Positions 8,995 through 18,683 of a stretch of 64,000 nt of DNA are shown one piece after another. Every line of letters starts with the position of its first letter. The stretch's first letter is position 1. This DNA comes from an uncultured Bacilli bacterium (GTDB taxonomy: Bacteria; Bacillota_I; Bacilli_A; RF39; UBA660), in the NCBI GenBank assembly GCA_934096405.1, contig CAKOLW010000003.1, forward strand, positions 3,282-67,281, in the 5' to 3' direction. Both the position numbers and the translations under genes were made by a program. The notes beneath the pieces are model-generated. The model was not told the origin of the DNA. It made no database searches and saw nothing but the letters and a program-made list of their open reading frames with translations.

Positions 8995-10785
8995 ATGATT
9001 AAAGAAAAATTATCTTTAGTACCTATGCTACCTGGTTGTTACTTAATGAAAAATAAAGATGGTACTATAATATATGTAGGGAAAGCTAAAATACTAAAAA
9101 GAAGACTTAATAGTTATTTTAATAGAACTCAAACTGGTAAAACTAAAAAATTAGTTAGTGAAATAGTAGATTTTGATTATATAGTTACTAGTAGTGAATT
9201 AGAAGCTTTTATATTAGAAATAAATCTTATTAAAAAGTATGATCCTAAATATAATATATTACTTAAAGATGATAAAAGTTATCCATATATAGAATTTAAA
9301 AATGATAAATATCCTACATTAACTGTTAAAAGAGAAATAAATATTAATAAGAAAAATAAAATGTTATTTGGACCTTATCCTAATGTAGGCGCGGCTAGAA
9401 GAATAGTTAATCTTATAAATAGGTTATATCCTTTAAAAAAGTGTGATAAAATGCCTAAAAAAGAATGCTTATACTATCATATAGGTGAATGCTTAGGTTA
9501 TTGTGTATTTAAAGATTTGGATACAACTGATTTAAGAAATGAAATAACACTTATACTTAATGGACATGATGATATACTTATAAATAAAATAAATGAAAAG
9601 ATTAAGGTTAATTCTGATAATTTAAATTATGAAGTTGCTTTAGAACTTAAGAATGAACTTGATTATATTAAGGTTGTATTTGAAAAACAAAAAGTTGAAC
9701 TTAATGATGGAATTAATAGAGATATATTCAATTATTATTATGAAAATGGTTATATAAGTATAGTAGTGTTCTTTTTAAGAAATGGTAAATTAGTAGGTAA
9801 TAAAAAGAATATATTTCCTTTGATAGATGAAATTAATGATACTATGGAATATTATATAGTTAATTTTTATCAAAAAAAGAATATACCTCCTAAAGAAATA
9901 ATTGTTCCAGAAGAATTAGATATAGAATTACTTAATAGTTTATTAGATTCTAAAGTAGTTACTGCGATTAAAGGAAAGAAAAAGCATTTATTTGATTTAG
10001 CTAAAACTAATGCTAAAATTAATTTAGATAACAATATAGAAATGGAATATAGAAAGAATGAAAGAAGTTTTGATGCTTCTAGAGAGTTAGGTAATATTGT
10101 TGGAATAGATAATTTGAGTGTAATTGAAAGCTTTGATAATTCTAACTTATTTGGATCATTTACTGTAAGTGGTATGGTAACATTTATAGATGGAGTTCCT
10201 AGTAAGAAAGATTATAGAAAGTTTAAGATTAGCAAGGAACAAAATGATGATGTTGGAAGTATGAAAGAAGTTATTTATAGAAGATATCAAAGTGTATTAA
10301 TGAATAATTCTAGAAAACCTGATTTAATACTTGTAGATGGTGGTATTAATCAGATTAATGCTTGTAAAAGTGTACTTAATGATTTGAATTTATCTATTAA
10401 AGTATGTGGACTTATGAAAGATGATAAACATACATTAAGTGAATTAATTGATGGAGATACTTTAAATAGTTATAAAATAGATAAGAAAAGTAATGTGTTT
10501 TATTTATTAACTAGAATAAGCGATGAAGTACATAGATTTACTATTAATTATCATAGACAGATTAGAAGTAAAGGTAGTATATCTAGTGTACTTGATAATA
10601 TAGAAGGAATAGGATCAACTAGAAAGAAAGAATTACTTAAAAAATATGGTAGTTTAAAAAAGATTAAAGAGGCTACACTTGAAGAATTGGAAACTATTTT
10701 ACCTAGTGAAGTTGCTAAGAATACATTGGAATATTTAAATGAATTTGATAAGGAGAATATTAATGATAGAAACAGTGACAATTAA
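8995..10785 (+). CDS. uvrC: Excinuclease ABC subunit C
   Basis: GIY-YIG N-terminus (PGCYLMKNKDGTIIYVGKAKILKRRLNSYF), UvrBC-binding region and a C-terminal (HhH)2. The ATG at 8995 is preferred to the upstream GTG. Confidence 0.95.
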   Translation: MIKEKLSLVPMLPGCYLMKNKDGTIIYVGKAKILKRRLNSYFNRTQTGKTKKLVSEIVDFDYIVTSSELEAFILEINLIKKYDPKYNILLKDDKSYPYIEFKNDKYPTLTVKREININKKNKMLFGPYPNVGAARRIVNLINRLYPLKKCDKMPKKECLYYHIGECLGYCVFKDLDTTDLRNEITLILNGHDDILINKINEKIKVNSDNLNYEVALELKNELDYIKVVFEKQKVELNDGINRDIFNYYYENGYISIVVFFLRNGKLVGNKKNIFPLIDEINDTMEYYIVNFYQKKNIPPKEIIVPEELDIELLNSLLDSKVVTAIKGKKKHLFDLAKTNAKINLDNNIEMEYRKNERSFDASRELGNIVGIDNLSVIESFDNSNLFGSFTVSGMVTFIDGVPSKKDYRKFKISKEQNDDVGSMKEVIYRRYQSVLMNNSRKPDLILVDGGINQINACKSVLNDLNLSIKVCGLMKDDKHTLSELIDGDTLNSYKIDKKSNVFYLLTRISDEVHRFTINYHRQIRSKGSISSVLDNIEGIGSTRKKELLKKYGSLKKIKEATLEELETILPSEVAKNTLEYLNEFDKENINDRNSDN

Positions 10786-11011
10786 TGATAAAAAGTATAG
10801 TGTTTTATTTACTTATGAAGAAGAAAATGGTAATAAATACATATATTATACTGATAATAGTTTTGATGATAGTGGTAAACTTAATGTAGTAGTAGGGTTA
10901 TATGAGATAGTTAATAATGAATATAAAGTTTCTGATATAGAAGATGATTTAACTATGAAGAAGGCTGTTAAAATACTAGGAGAGGTAATTAAAAGTTTAA
11001 ATAAAAAGTAG
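10763..11011 (+). CDS. Small acidic hypothetical protein (DUF1292-like pattern)
   Basis: Start MIETVTIND follows AAGGAG. The composition and the Y..L....EE....Y pattern recall DUF1292. This is from memory only. Confidence 0.35.
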   Translation: MIETVTINDKKYSVLFTYEEENGNKYIYYTDNSFDDSGKLNVVVGLYEIVNNEYKVSDIEDDLTMKKAVKILGEVIKSLNKK

Positions 11012-11076
11012 TATATTAAGTACTTGAACTTGTTTTTTTAGATAAAATATGATATCATTAATTCGAGGGGAGAAAC

Positions 11077-11658
11077 ATGAGTAAAAAAGAATTAGGTAAT
11101 AAATATGAAGGAGAAAGATTACCAGATATAGGATTTGAAAATCATATGTTTAGACTAAGATTAAGCTTTATGGCTTTATCACTAGCTAGTGTTATTTCAA
11201 TGGGAATTGTTCTTCGTGGTAAAACTAATACTAGTTTTAAATATGAAACTAAGGTTTCTAATGGCTACAAAAATTTTTGTGCACCAATTGGTTATGAATT
11301 ATATCGTGATGAAAATGGAAATGTTTATGCTAAAAAGAGTGAAAAGAAAGAAGTAAAAGTTCCTGATGGCTATGAGGGTCATTATGCACCTAGTAGTTGT
11401 GATTTATATCGTGATGAAATGGGAAGAATATATCCAAAGGAAAAAACATATGAAGAGGAAATAATTCCTAATGGTTATATGAATGGATGGGTACCTGATG
11501 GTTATGAGAGATACCGCGCTAAAGATGGGTTTATCTATACTAGAAAAAAAGAAAGCAAAGATAAAGAAATAATTATAGGTTCAGATGAATATCCTTCTAT
11601 TACTAGTGATAATTATAATGATAAAGAAGAGTTGGTTCTTACTAAAAAATATAATTAA
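11077..11658 (+). CDS. Membrane-anchored protein with three ~40-aa GY...(A/V)P.GYE.YRD..G..Y repeats
   Basis: One TM segment (FMALSLASVISMGIVL). It is followed by NGYKNFCAPIGYELYRDENGNVYAKK, DGYEGHYAPSSCDLYRDEMGRIYPKE and NGYMNGWVPDGYERYRAKDGFIYTRK. Confidence 0.6.
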   Translation: MSKKELGNKYEGERLPDIGFENHMFRLRLSFMALSLASVISMGIVLRGKTNTSFKYETKVSNGYKNFCAPIGYELYRDENGNVYAKKSEKKEVKVPDGYEGHYAPSSCDLYRDEMGRIYPKEKTYEEEIIPNGYMNGWVPDGYERYRAKDGFIYTRKKESKDKEIIIGSDEYPSITSDNYNDKEELVLTKKYN

Positions 11659-11675
11659 TAAGATGGGGGAGCAGT

Positions 11676-12050
11676 ATGGAAAAGACAAAGAGTGAACAAA
11701 AAGTAACAAATAAATTCAATATTACTATGGCTGGTTTGGGTTTATTAGGTATTTTAACTGTTGGAGGAATAAAGTTAGATAATGATACAGATCATTTAAA
11801 TTATAAATGTCCTTTTAGATTTTTATTTAAGGATAAAGTAATTGAACATTCTGTTGATGAAGTAAATAAAGAATATTATAAGGTATATAAAGCACCTGAA
11901 GGGTATATTTTAAATGGAAATATATGCTATAAAGATACTGCCCAAGGTAGAGTATATACTGAACCAATATTAGTTGGTATTATGGAAAATGATACAATTA
12001 TTACAAATGATGAAGTTTATACTAGAGTTAAAAAATTATATAATAAGTAG
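11676..12050 (+). CDS. Membrane-anchored protein with one copy of the same repeat
   Basis: TM segment MAGLGLLGILTVGG, then YKVYKAPEGYILNGNICYKDTAQGRVYTEP. GGGGGAG RBS. Confidence 0.55.
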   Translation: MEKTKSEQKVTNKFNITMAGLGLLGILTVGGIKLDNDTDHLNYKCPFRFLFKDKVIEHSVDEVNKEYYKVYKAPEGYILNGNICYKDTAQGRVYTEPILVGIMENDTIITNDEVYTRVKKLYNK

Positions 12051-12111
12051 GTGAAAACCTGCTTTTATTTTGGGTATTCCATTATTTACAAACATATGTT
12101 ATAATTGACTT

Positions 12112-12912
12112 ATGAGAGAATATGAAATTGAAACATTCTTAACTAGTGATTATATATACATACCTTATGTATTTAAAGAAAAAATTAATTTGAATAGTGA
12201 TGGGTATGTTTTTAAGAATGATGTTATTTATGATAATTATTATAGTCCAGTAAGTGGTAAAGCTTGTGGTCTTACAGAAATATTTGGTATAGGTGGAGTT
12301 AAGAAGACTGTTATAGTAGAAAATGATTTTATTGATAAAGTAAAGTCTAAAGAATTTTGTGTTAAAGATTTATATGATATAAATAAAGAAATTGTAGTTA
12401 ATAGTGTAAATAAATATATAAAAGATAATAAGCTTGAAGTATCTGTTAGTTATAAAAATAAATATGATTTAAGAGATTATTCAATATTAAAAGATAATAT
12501 TAACATAATATTAGAAACTTTAGATGTTATAAGTGAAAATATGAGTGATTTAGAAATTAAAATTATACTTGATAAGAGAGATTTTAATAGTTATCAATTG
12601 TTATTTAATAATCTTGGAACTTATCCTAATATTAAAGTCGACTTTAAGAAAAGTGATAATTCATTGAGTTTATATAATATAATAGATATATATAATGAAT
12701 TAAAACATAAAACTATAAGAGATTATATATATGTTACTTTAATTTATGAAAATAAATTTAAAGTTATTAAGTTAAAAAGATATTCTAATTTAAAAGATTT
12801 ATTAGAGCATATTAAAACAATAGGAATTAGTTTTGTATTAAATAATACTATTAAATTAGAAAATCCTAATTTCTTATTAGATGATGAAGTGTATACTATA
12901 AATGTTATTTAA
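12112..12912 (+). CDS. Hypothetical protein
   Basis: 266-aa ORF with coding-like composition. I recognise no motif. Confidence 0.5.
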   Translation: MREYEIETFLTSDYIYIPYVFKEKINLNSDGYVFKNDVIYDNYYSPVSGKACGLTEIFGIGGVKKTVIVENDFIDKVKSKEFCVKDLYDINKEIVVNSVNKYIKDNKLEVSVSYKNKYDLRDYSILKDNINIILETLDVISENMSDLEIKIILDKRDFNSYQLLFNNLGTYPNIKVDFKKSDNSLSLYNIIDIYNELKHKTIRDYIYVTLIYENKFKVIKLKRYSNLKDLLEHIKTIGISFVLNNTIKLENPNFLLDDEVYTINVI

Positions 12913-12961
12913 ACTAGATTAATTCTAGTTTTTATTTTATAATATTTGTGAGGTGTATGAG

Positions 12962-13897
12962 ATGATTTATCTTTTATATGGTGAATTTGAAAATGACATA
13001 GATAGATTTATAAATAAATTAATTAAAGATAATTCTATAGAGACTAAAATAGTTTATAATTATAAAGATACTACTATAGATGAAGTTATAAATGAGTGTT
13101 CCTATACTGATTTATTTGGTAATAAAAAGATAGTTATTTTGAATGAGTGTTTATTTTTAACTGGGAAAGAAACTTTAGATAGTGATAAATTAAATAATTA
13201 TATAGAAAATCCCAACTCGGATGTTATATTAGTATTTAAAATTGTTGTAGATAAGTTAGATGAAAGAAAAAAATTAGTTAAATTAATTAAGAGTAAGTGT
13301 ACAGTTAAAGAATTTAAATTATTAGATAGTAGTAATATTAAAGATTATATTAAGAAATATTTTGAAGAGTTGGATTTTAAAATAGATAATATATCTATAA
13401 ATGAAATAGCGGATAGACTTAAAGAGAATTCTAATGTTATAGATAGTGAATTAGATAAGTTGTATTTATATAAATTAAATGAAAAAGTTATTAATTTAGA
13501 TGATGTTAAAAAAGTAGTTACTAAGTATGATGATAATAAGATATTTAAATTAGTAGATGCTAGTATAAGAAAGAATAAAAGAGAAATATTTAATTTATAT
13601 AAAGAGTTACTAAATGATAAAGAAGAACCTATAGTTATATTATCATTGTTAGCTAATCAATTTAGACTTATATATCAAGTTAAAGTATTATATGAAGATG
13701 GGTATAATTTTAAAGATATAGGTGTTAAATTAAAAGAACATCCTTATAGAGTTCAACTAGCTTATAGTAATTCTTTAAATATAAGTAAGAGTGAAATAAA
13801 AGATATTTTATTAAAATTATCTGATATAGATTATCAAATTAAAACTGGTTTTTTTGATAAAGAGAAAGGTTTAGAGGTATTTTTCTTAGAATTATAA
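12962..13897 (+). CDS. holA: DNA polymerase III delta subunit (HolA-like)
   Basis: N-terminal IYLLYGEF, and a size and helical C-terminus typical of delta. The ATG at 12962 follows GTGAGGTG. Confidence 0.6.
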   Translation: MIYLLYGEFENDIDRFINKLIKDNSIETKIVYNYKDTTIDEVINECSYTDLFGNKKIVILNECLFLTGKETLDSDKLNNYIENPNSDVILVFKIVVDKLDERKKLVKLIKSKCTVKEFKLLDSSNIKDYIKKYFEELDFKIDNISINEIADRLKENSNVIDSELDKLYLYKLNEKVINLDDVKKVVTKYDDNKIFKLVDASIRKNKREIFNLYKELLNDKEEPIVILSLLANQFRLIYQVKVLYEDGYNFKDIGVKLKEHPYRVQLAYSNSLNISKSEIKDILLKLSDIDYQIKTGFFDKEKGLEVFFLEL

Positions 13898-13957
13898 TAA
13901 AAATATTGCATTTTTAAATAAAAAATATTAAAATTTTATTAGAAAGTAGGAAGTAGT

Positions 13958-14272
13958 ATGGAAGTAAGAAATAAAATAAAACTTGATTTATTAGTTGAAT
14001 ATTTATCAAGTTTAGAAGAAGTAGAAGGGGTTCTAGTTAATTATGATGCTAATAATAAACCTACGTTGTCTGTAGTGTGTTATAAGAAATCTAATAATTA
14101 TTTGATTAATGAATTACCAATAGTAGTTAATAATTCTAGTAGTTATGATTTAAATAAACCTAATTATTATTTTGATAAACTAATGTGTAGTGAAATATTG
14201 TATGATAGGGATTATAGATTAAGTACTATTAAAAATAATGCTATTGGTGCTTCTAGAAAATTGGCTTTATAA
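13958..14272 (+). CDS. Hypothetical protein
   Basis: 104-aa ORF with AGGAAG upstream. No motif recognised. Confidence 0.45.
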   Translation: MEVRNKIKLDLLVEYLSSLEEVEGVLVNYDANNKPTLSVVCYKKSNNYLINELPIVVNNSSSYDLNKPNYYFDKLMCSEILYDRDYRLSTIKNNAIGASRKLAL

Positions 14273-14351
14273 AGTCAATTTTTTTCTATTGTTTGCTTGT
14301 TAATTTAAATGTTAGTTGTTATAATAAATATTATGACAGAAGGTGTGTTAA

Positions 14352-17300
14352 ATGGATAATAGGTTAGTAAGATTTTTTGATAAAATTAATTTAGAGAAAG
14401 AGTATTATAAATTTTTTGAAGGGGCTAAATTAGAAAATGTTTTAGTAGATAATTATAATAGTACTTGGACACTTTATATAATGATAGATAAAATGATAGA
14501 TGTTAGTTTATTTGATTTGTTATGTGTTAAATCTAGTAAATTACCATTAATTAGTAAAGTTTATTTTGTATGGAAACATGATGATATAGATAAATTAAAA
14601 GAATATGTATTATATATATTTAATAATTATCAAGAGAAGTGTCCTATGCTTAAGAGTATTAAAGATGAAGATATTAATATAGATGGATTAAATATTAATT
14701 TTGAAGTATCTAGTAATGCAGAGTTAAATAAGATTAATGAAGTTATTCCTAAAATGAGAGAATTTTTATTAAATATGGGATTTTTAGGTGTTAAAATTAA
14801 TGTCTGTATAAGTGAAAGTAAGAGTAATGAAATACAAGAAATGATTAAACAAAAAGATATAGTAGAGGTTATAGAAAAACAAGAAAGTCCTCTTATTATG
14901 GGAAATCCTATAAAAAGTAATGCCACACCTGTTAAAAATATAATTGCAGAAATGAATGATGTTACGGTAGAAGTTTTTGTGTTCGGTAGTGAACTAAAAG
15001 AAACTGCTAGTGGATTTAATATAATTACATATAAAATAAGTGATTATACTGATAGTATATATGCTAAAATATTTACTAAAGATAAAGATATAACTAAAAT
15101 GCTAGGTAAAAGAATTCAAGAGGGCTCTTGGTATAGAATGAAAGGTTATGTTAAACATGATACTTATTTAAATGATTTAGTGTTTAATATAAGAGATATA
15201 GAAACATTTAATAGAGAAGTTAGTAAAAGACATGATAATGCTCCTGTCAAAAGAGTTGAATTACATTGTCATACAACTATGAGTCAAATGGATGGCTTAA
15301 TTGAACCCAAAAAGTTACTTAAAAAAGTCAAAAGTTTTGGTATGCGTGGGGTTGGAATTACTGACAAAAATGGTATTCAATGTTTTCCTAAAGTATATAA
15401 AGGCAAAGAAGATTTAGAGGTATATTTTGGAGTAGAACTATTTGTTGTAGATGATGAAGTATTAATAATAAATAAAGATTCTGATAAAAGTTTGATGAAT
15501 AGTGAATATGTTGTATTTGATACAGAAACAACAGGATTTAATGCAACTGCAGGAGACCAAATGATAGAAATTGGTGCAGTAAAAATAAAAAATGGTACTA
15601 TTACTGATAGATTTGATGAATTGATTAATCCTGGATTTAAACTAAAAGAATGGACTACAACATTTACAAATATTACAGATGAAATGTTAAAAGATAAAGA
15701 TGATGAAGAAACTGTAGTAAAAAGATTTAAAGAGTGGATTGGAGATGCTCCAATGGTTGCACAAAATGCAAGATTTGATATATCTTTTATGGAGAGTGCA
15801 TACCAAAAATATAATTTAGGAACATTTGATAATGTAGTACTTGATACAATGGAAATAAGTAAAGCACAAAATCCAGATGCTACTAAACATAGTTTAAGTG
15901 CATTAGTTAAGAGATACGGAGTACACTTTGAAGAAGATAAGCACCATCGTGCTGACTATGATGCTGAGGGAACAGCACTTGTTTTTTATAAAATGTTGAA
16001 AGCATTAAGTAGTGGTTATGAAACAATAAGTGATTTAAAAAAATTAGTTAATCCTGATTTAGCATATAAAATGAATAGGCCTTATCATGTGACGGTTTAT
16101 GCTATTAATAATGTTGGTCTTAGAAATATGTTTCAAATTATTAGTTATGCAACAACTAAGTATTTTTATAAAACTCCTAGAACTCCTAAAAGTTTATTGA
16201 CTAAGCATAGAGAAGGTTTAATAATAGGAAGTGGATGTGTTAATGGTGAAATATTTGAAGCAGCAAAAAGAAATACTGAAGAAGAATTAATGAATTTAAT
16301 GAAATATTATGATTTTATAGAGATTAATCCACCTAGTATAATGGGCTATTTAGTTGAAAGTGGAGAGGTAACTAGTAAAGCTGATATTTATAATATAATA
16401 AATAAAATAATTAGAAGTGCAGAAAAAGTAGATAAAATGGTGGTTGCTACAGGAGATGTTCATACATTAGATCCTGAAGATAATATATACAGAGAGATTT
16501 TAGTTGTACAGAAACAACCTGGTGGTGGATTCCATCCTTTATTTAAGCCTAATATTAAAACAATACCTAATGCATATTTGATGACAACAGAAGAAATGCT
16601 TAAAGAATTTGAATTTTTAGGTGAAGAAAAAGCTTATGAAATAGTTGTAACTAATTCAAATAAAGTTGCCGATATGTTTGATACTGTAGAAATAGTTAAA
16701 CCTGGGTTAAATCCTCCTAGAATGGAAAATTCTGTACAAATAATAAAAGATACTGTTTATGGTAATGCACATAGAATTTATGGAGAAGAGTTACCAGAAA
16801 TAATTGCTACAAGACTAGATAAAGAATTGTCAGGTATTATAAATGGTGGTTATGATGTTATTTATTTGATTGCACAAAGACTTGTAGAAAATTCTAATGC
16901 TCATGGTTATATTGTTGGTAGCCGTGGTAGTGTTGGTTCAAGCTTGGTTGCAACCTTCTGTGGTATAACTGAAGTTAATCCGTTGCCCCCTCATTATGTA
17001 TGTCCAGAATGCAAAAAGAGTATATTTGAATTAGATGGTAAACCACTTAATTTGACATATGGTAGTGGATTTGATATGCCAGAAAGACATTGTGAATGTG
17101 GTGCTTTAATGAAAAGACAAGGTCAAGATATTCCGTTTGAAACCTTCCTTGGATTTAATGCCGATAAAACACCAGATATAGATTTGAACTTTAGTGGAGA
17201 ATATCAAGCAGAAGCTCATAACTATACTAAAGTGTTATTTGGAGAAAAGAATGTTTATCGTGCAGGTACTGTTTCTACTATTGCTGAAAAAACAGCATAT

Positions 17301-18623
17301 GGTTTTGTTAAAATATATGCAGAAGATAAAGGTATAACAATGCGTAGGCCTGAAATAGAAAGACTTGCACAGGGTATTACTGGTATTAAAAGAACTAGTG
17401 GACAACATCCAGGTGGAATTATAGTTATACCTGATTATAAAGATGTTTTTGACTTTACTCCTTATCAATATCCGGCTGAAAATACAGAGGCTGCTTGGTA
17501 TACAACACACTTTGAATTCCATGATATAGAAGAAAATGTACTTAAACTAGATATACTAGGTCACGATGATCCAACAGTACTAAAATATTTAAGTGATGAT
17601 GTTAAAATAGATATAAATGATATACCACTAGATGATAGGGGAGTAATAAGTTTATTTAATAGTCCAGAAGCTTTAGGTGTAACTCGTGAACAAATAAATT
17701 GTTATTCTGGAACTCTTGGAATACCTGAATTTGGTACAAATTTTGTAATCAATATGCTTGAAGAAATAAAACCACAAAAGTTTGCAGATTTAATTAAAAT
17801 ATCTGGATTATCTCATGGTACAGATGTTTGGAACGGCAATGCAAGAGATTTGATACTCGATGGAACTTGTGAATTTGATAAAGTTATAGGATGTCGTGAT
17901 GACATAATGCTTTACTTAATAAAGGCTGGAATACCTAATGGACAAGCATTCAAGATGAGTGAATTTATTCGTAAAGGCAAAGTTGGTAAAGATCCAGAAA
18001 AATGGGTTGAATTTAAACAAATACTTACAGAACATGATGTACCTGATTGGTATATAAAGTCATGCGAAAAAATTAAATACATGTTTCCTAAAGCCCATGC
18101 TGCTGCATATGTTATTAATGGTATAAGAGTTGCTTGGTTTAAACTATATCATCCAATTAATTATTACAGAGTTTATTTAAGTATTAGACAAAGTGATTTC
18201 GATTTGGATTCAATGATTAAAGGTAAAACAGCTATTAAACAAGCAATACAAAATTTGGAAGCTAAAGGTTTTGATAGAAGTAATAAAGAGGATAGTACCC
18301 TTTCAAGTTTAACTATATGTAACGAAATGGTGGAAAGAGGTTTCTATTTTACTAATATTAGCATAAAAGATAGCGATGCAACAATGTTTAAAGTTACACC
18401 AGACGGTAAAGGATTAATACCTCCATTTACAACTTTAGATGGAATGGGTGATGTAGCCGCTTTAAAAATTGTTGAAGAAAGAAAAGATAGACCTTATGTA
18501 AGTATAGAAGATTTACAAGTAAGAGGTAAAGTTAGTCAAGCGTTAATTGATAGATTAAGAGGACTTGGAGCACTAGATGAACTTCCAGAAAGCAGTCAAT
18601 TAACTTTAGATTTATTTATGTAA
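14352..18623 (+). CDS. polC: DNA polymerase III PolC-type alpha subunit
   Basis: 1423 aa. PHP domain (VELHCHTTMSQMDG), inserted DEDDh exonuclease (VVFDTETTGF ... HRADYDA), a Zn-finger (CPECKK...CECG) and the polymerase core. Confidence 0.98.
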   Translation: MDNRLVRFFDKINLEKEYYKFFEGAKLENVLVDNYNSTWTLYIMIDKMIDVSLFDLLCVKSSKLPLISKVYFVWKHDDIDKLKEYVLYIFNNYQEKCPMLKSIKDEDINIDGLNINFEVSSNAELNKINEVIPKMREFLLNMGFLGVKINVCISESKSNEIQEMIKQKDIVEVIEKQESPLIMGNPIKSNATPVKNIIAEMNDVTVEVFVFGSELKETASGFNIITYKISDYTDSIYAKIFTKDKDITKMLGKRIQEGSWYRMKGYVKHDTYLNDLVFNIRDIETFNREVSKRHDNAPVKRVELHCHTTMSQMDGLIEPKKLLKKVKSFGMRGVGITDKNGIQCFPKVYKGKEDLEVYFGVELFVVDDEVLIINKDSDKSLMNSEYVVFDTETTGFNATAGDQMIEIGAVKIKNGTITDRFDELINPGFKLKEWTTTFTNITDEMLKDKDDEETVVKRFKEWIGDAPMVAQNARFDISFMESAYQKYNLGTFDNVVLDTMEISKAQNPDATKHSLSALVKRYGVHFEEDKHHRADYDAEGTALVFYKMLKALSSGYETISDLKKLVNPDLAYKMNRPYHVTVYAINNVGLRNMFQIISYATTKYFYKTPRTPKSLLTKHREGLIIGSGCVNGEIFEAAKRNTEEELMNLMKYYDFIEINPPSIMGYLVESGEVTSKADIYNIINKIIRSAEKVDKMVVATGDVHTLDPEDNIYREILVVQKQPGGGFHPLFKPNIKTIPNAYLMTTEEMLKEFEFLGEEKAYEIVVTNSNKVADMFDTVEIVKPGLNPPRMENSVQIIKDTVYGNAHRIYGEELPEIIATRLDKELSGIINGGYDVIYLIAQRLVENSNAHGYIVGSRGSVGSSLVATFCGITEVNPLPPHYVCPECKKSIFELDGKPLNLTYGSGFDMPERHCECGALMKRQGQDIPFETFLGFNADKTPDIDLNFSGEYQAEAHNYTKVLFGEKNVYRAGTVSTIAEKTAYGFVKIYAEDKGITMRRPEIERLAQGITGIKRTSGQHPGGIIVIPDYKDVFDFTPYQYPAENTEAAWYTTHFEFHDIEENVLKLDILGHDDPTVLKYLSDDVKIDINDIPLDDRGVISLFNSPEALGVTREQINCYSGTLGIPEFGTNFVINMLEEIKPQKFADLIKISGLSHGTDVWNGNARDLILDGTCEFDKVIGCRDDIMLYLIKAGIPNGQAFKMSEFIRKGKVGKDPEKWVEFKQILTEHDVPDWYIKSCEKIKYMFPKAHAAAYVINGIRVAWFKLYHPINYYRVYLSIRQSDFDLDSMIKGKTAIKQAIQNLEAKGFDRSNKEDSTLSSLTICNEMVERGFYFTNISIKDSDATMFKVTPDGKGLIPPFTTLDGMGDVAALKIVEERKDRPYVSIEDLQVRGKVSQALIDRLRGLGALDELPESSQLTLDLFM

Positions 18624-18650
18624 AAGTAGTTGAAAAATACTACTTTTTTT
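18622..18650 (+). terminator. polC terminator, homologous to the terminator at 30469
   Basis: AAAAGTAGT-tgaaaaat-ACTACTTTTTTT. Confidence 0.8.
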
Positions 18651-18683
18651 GATATTATTAGTTTAGTGTAAGAGGATGATATC

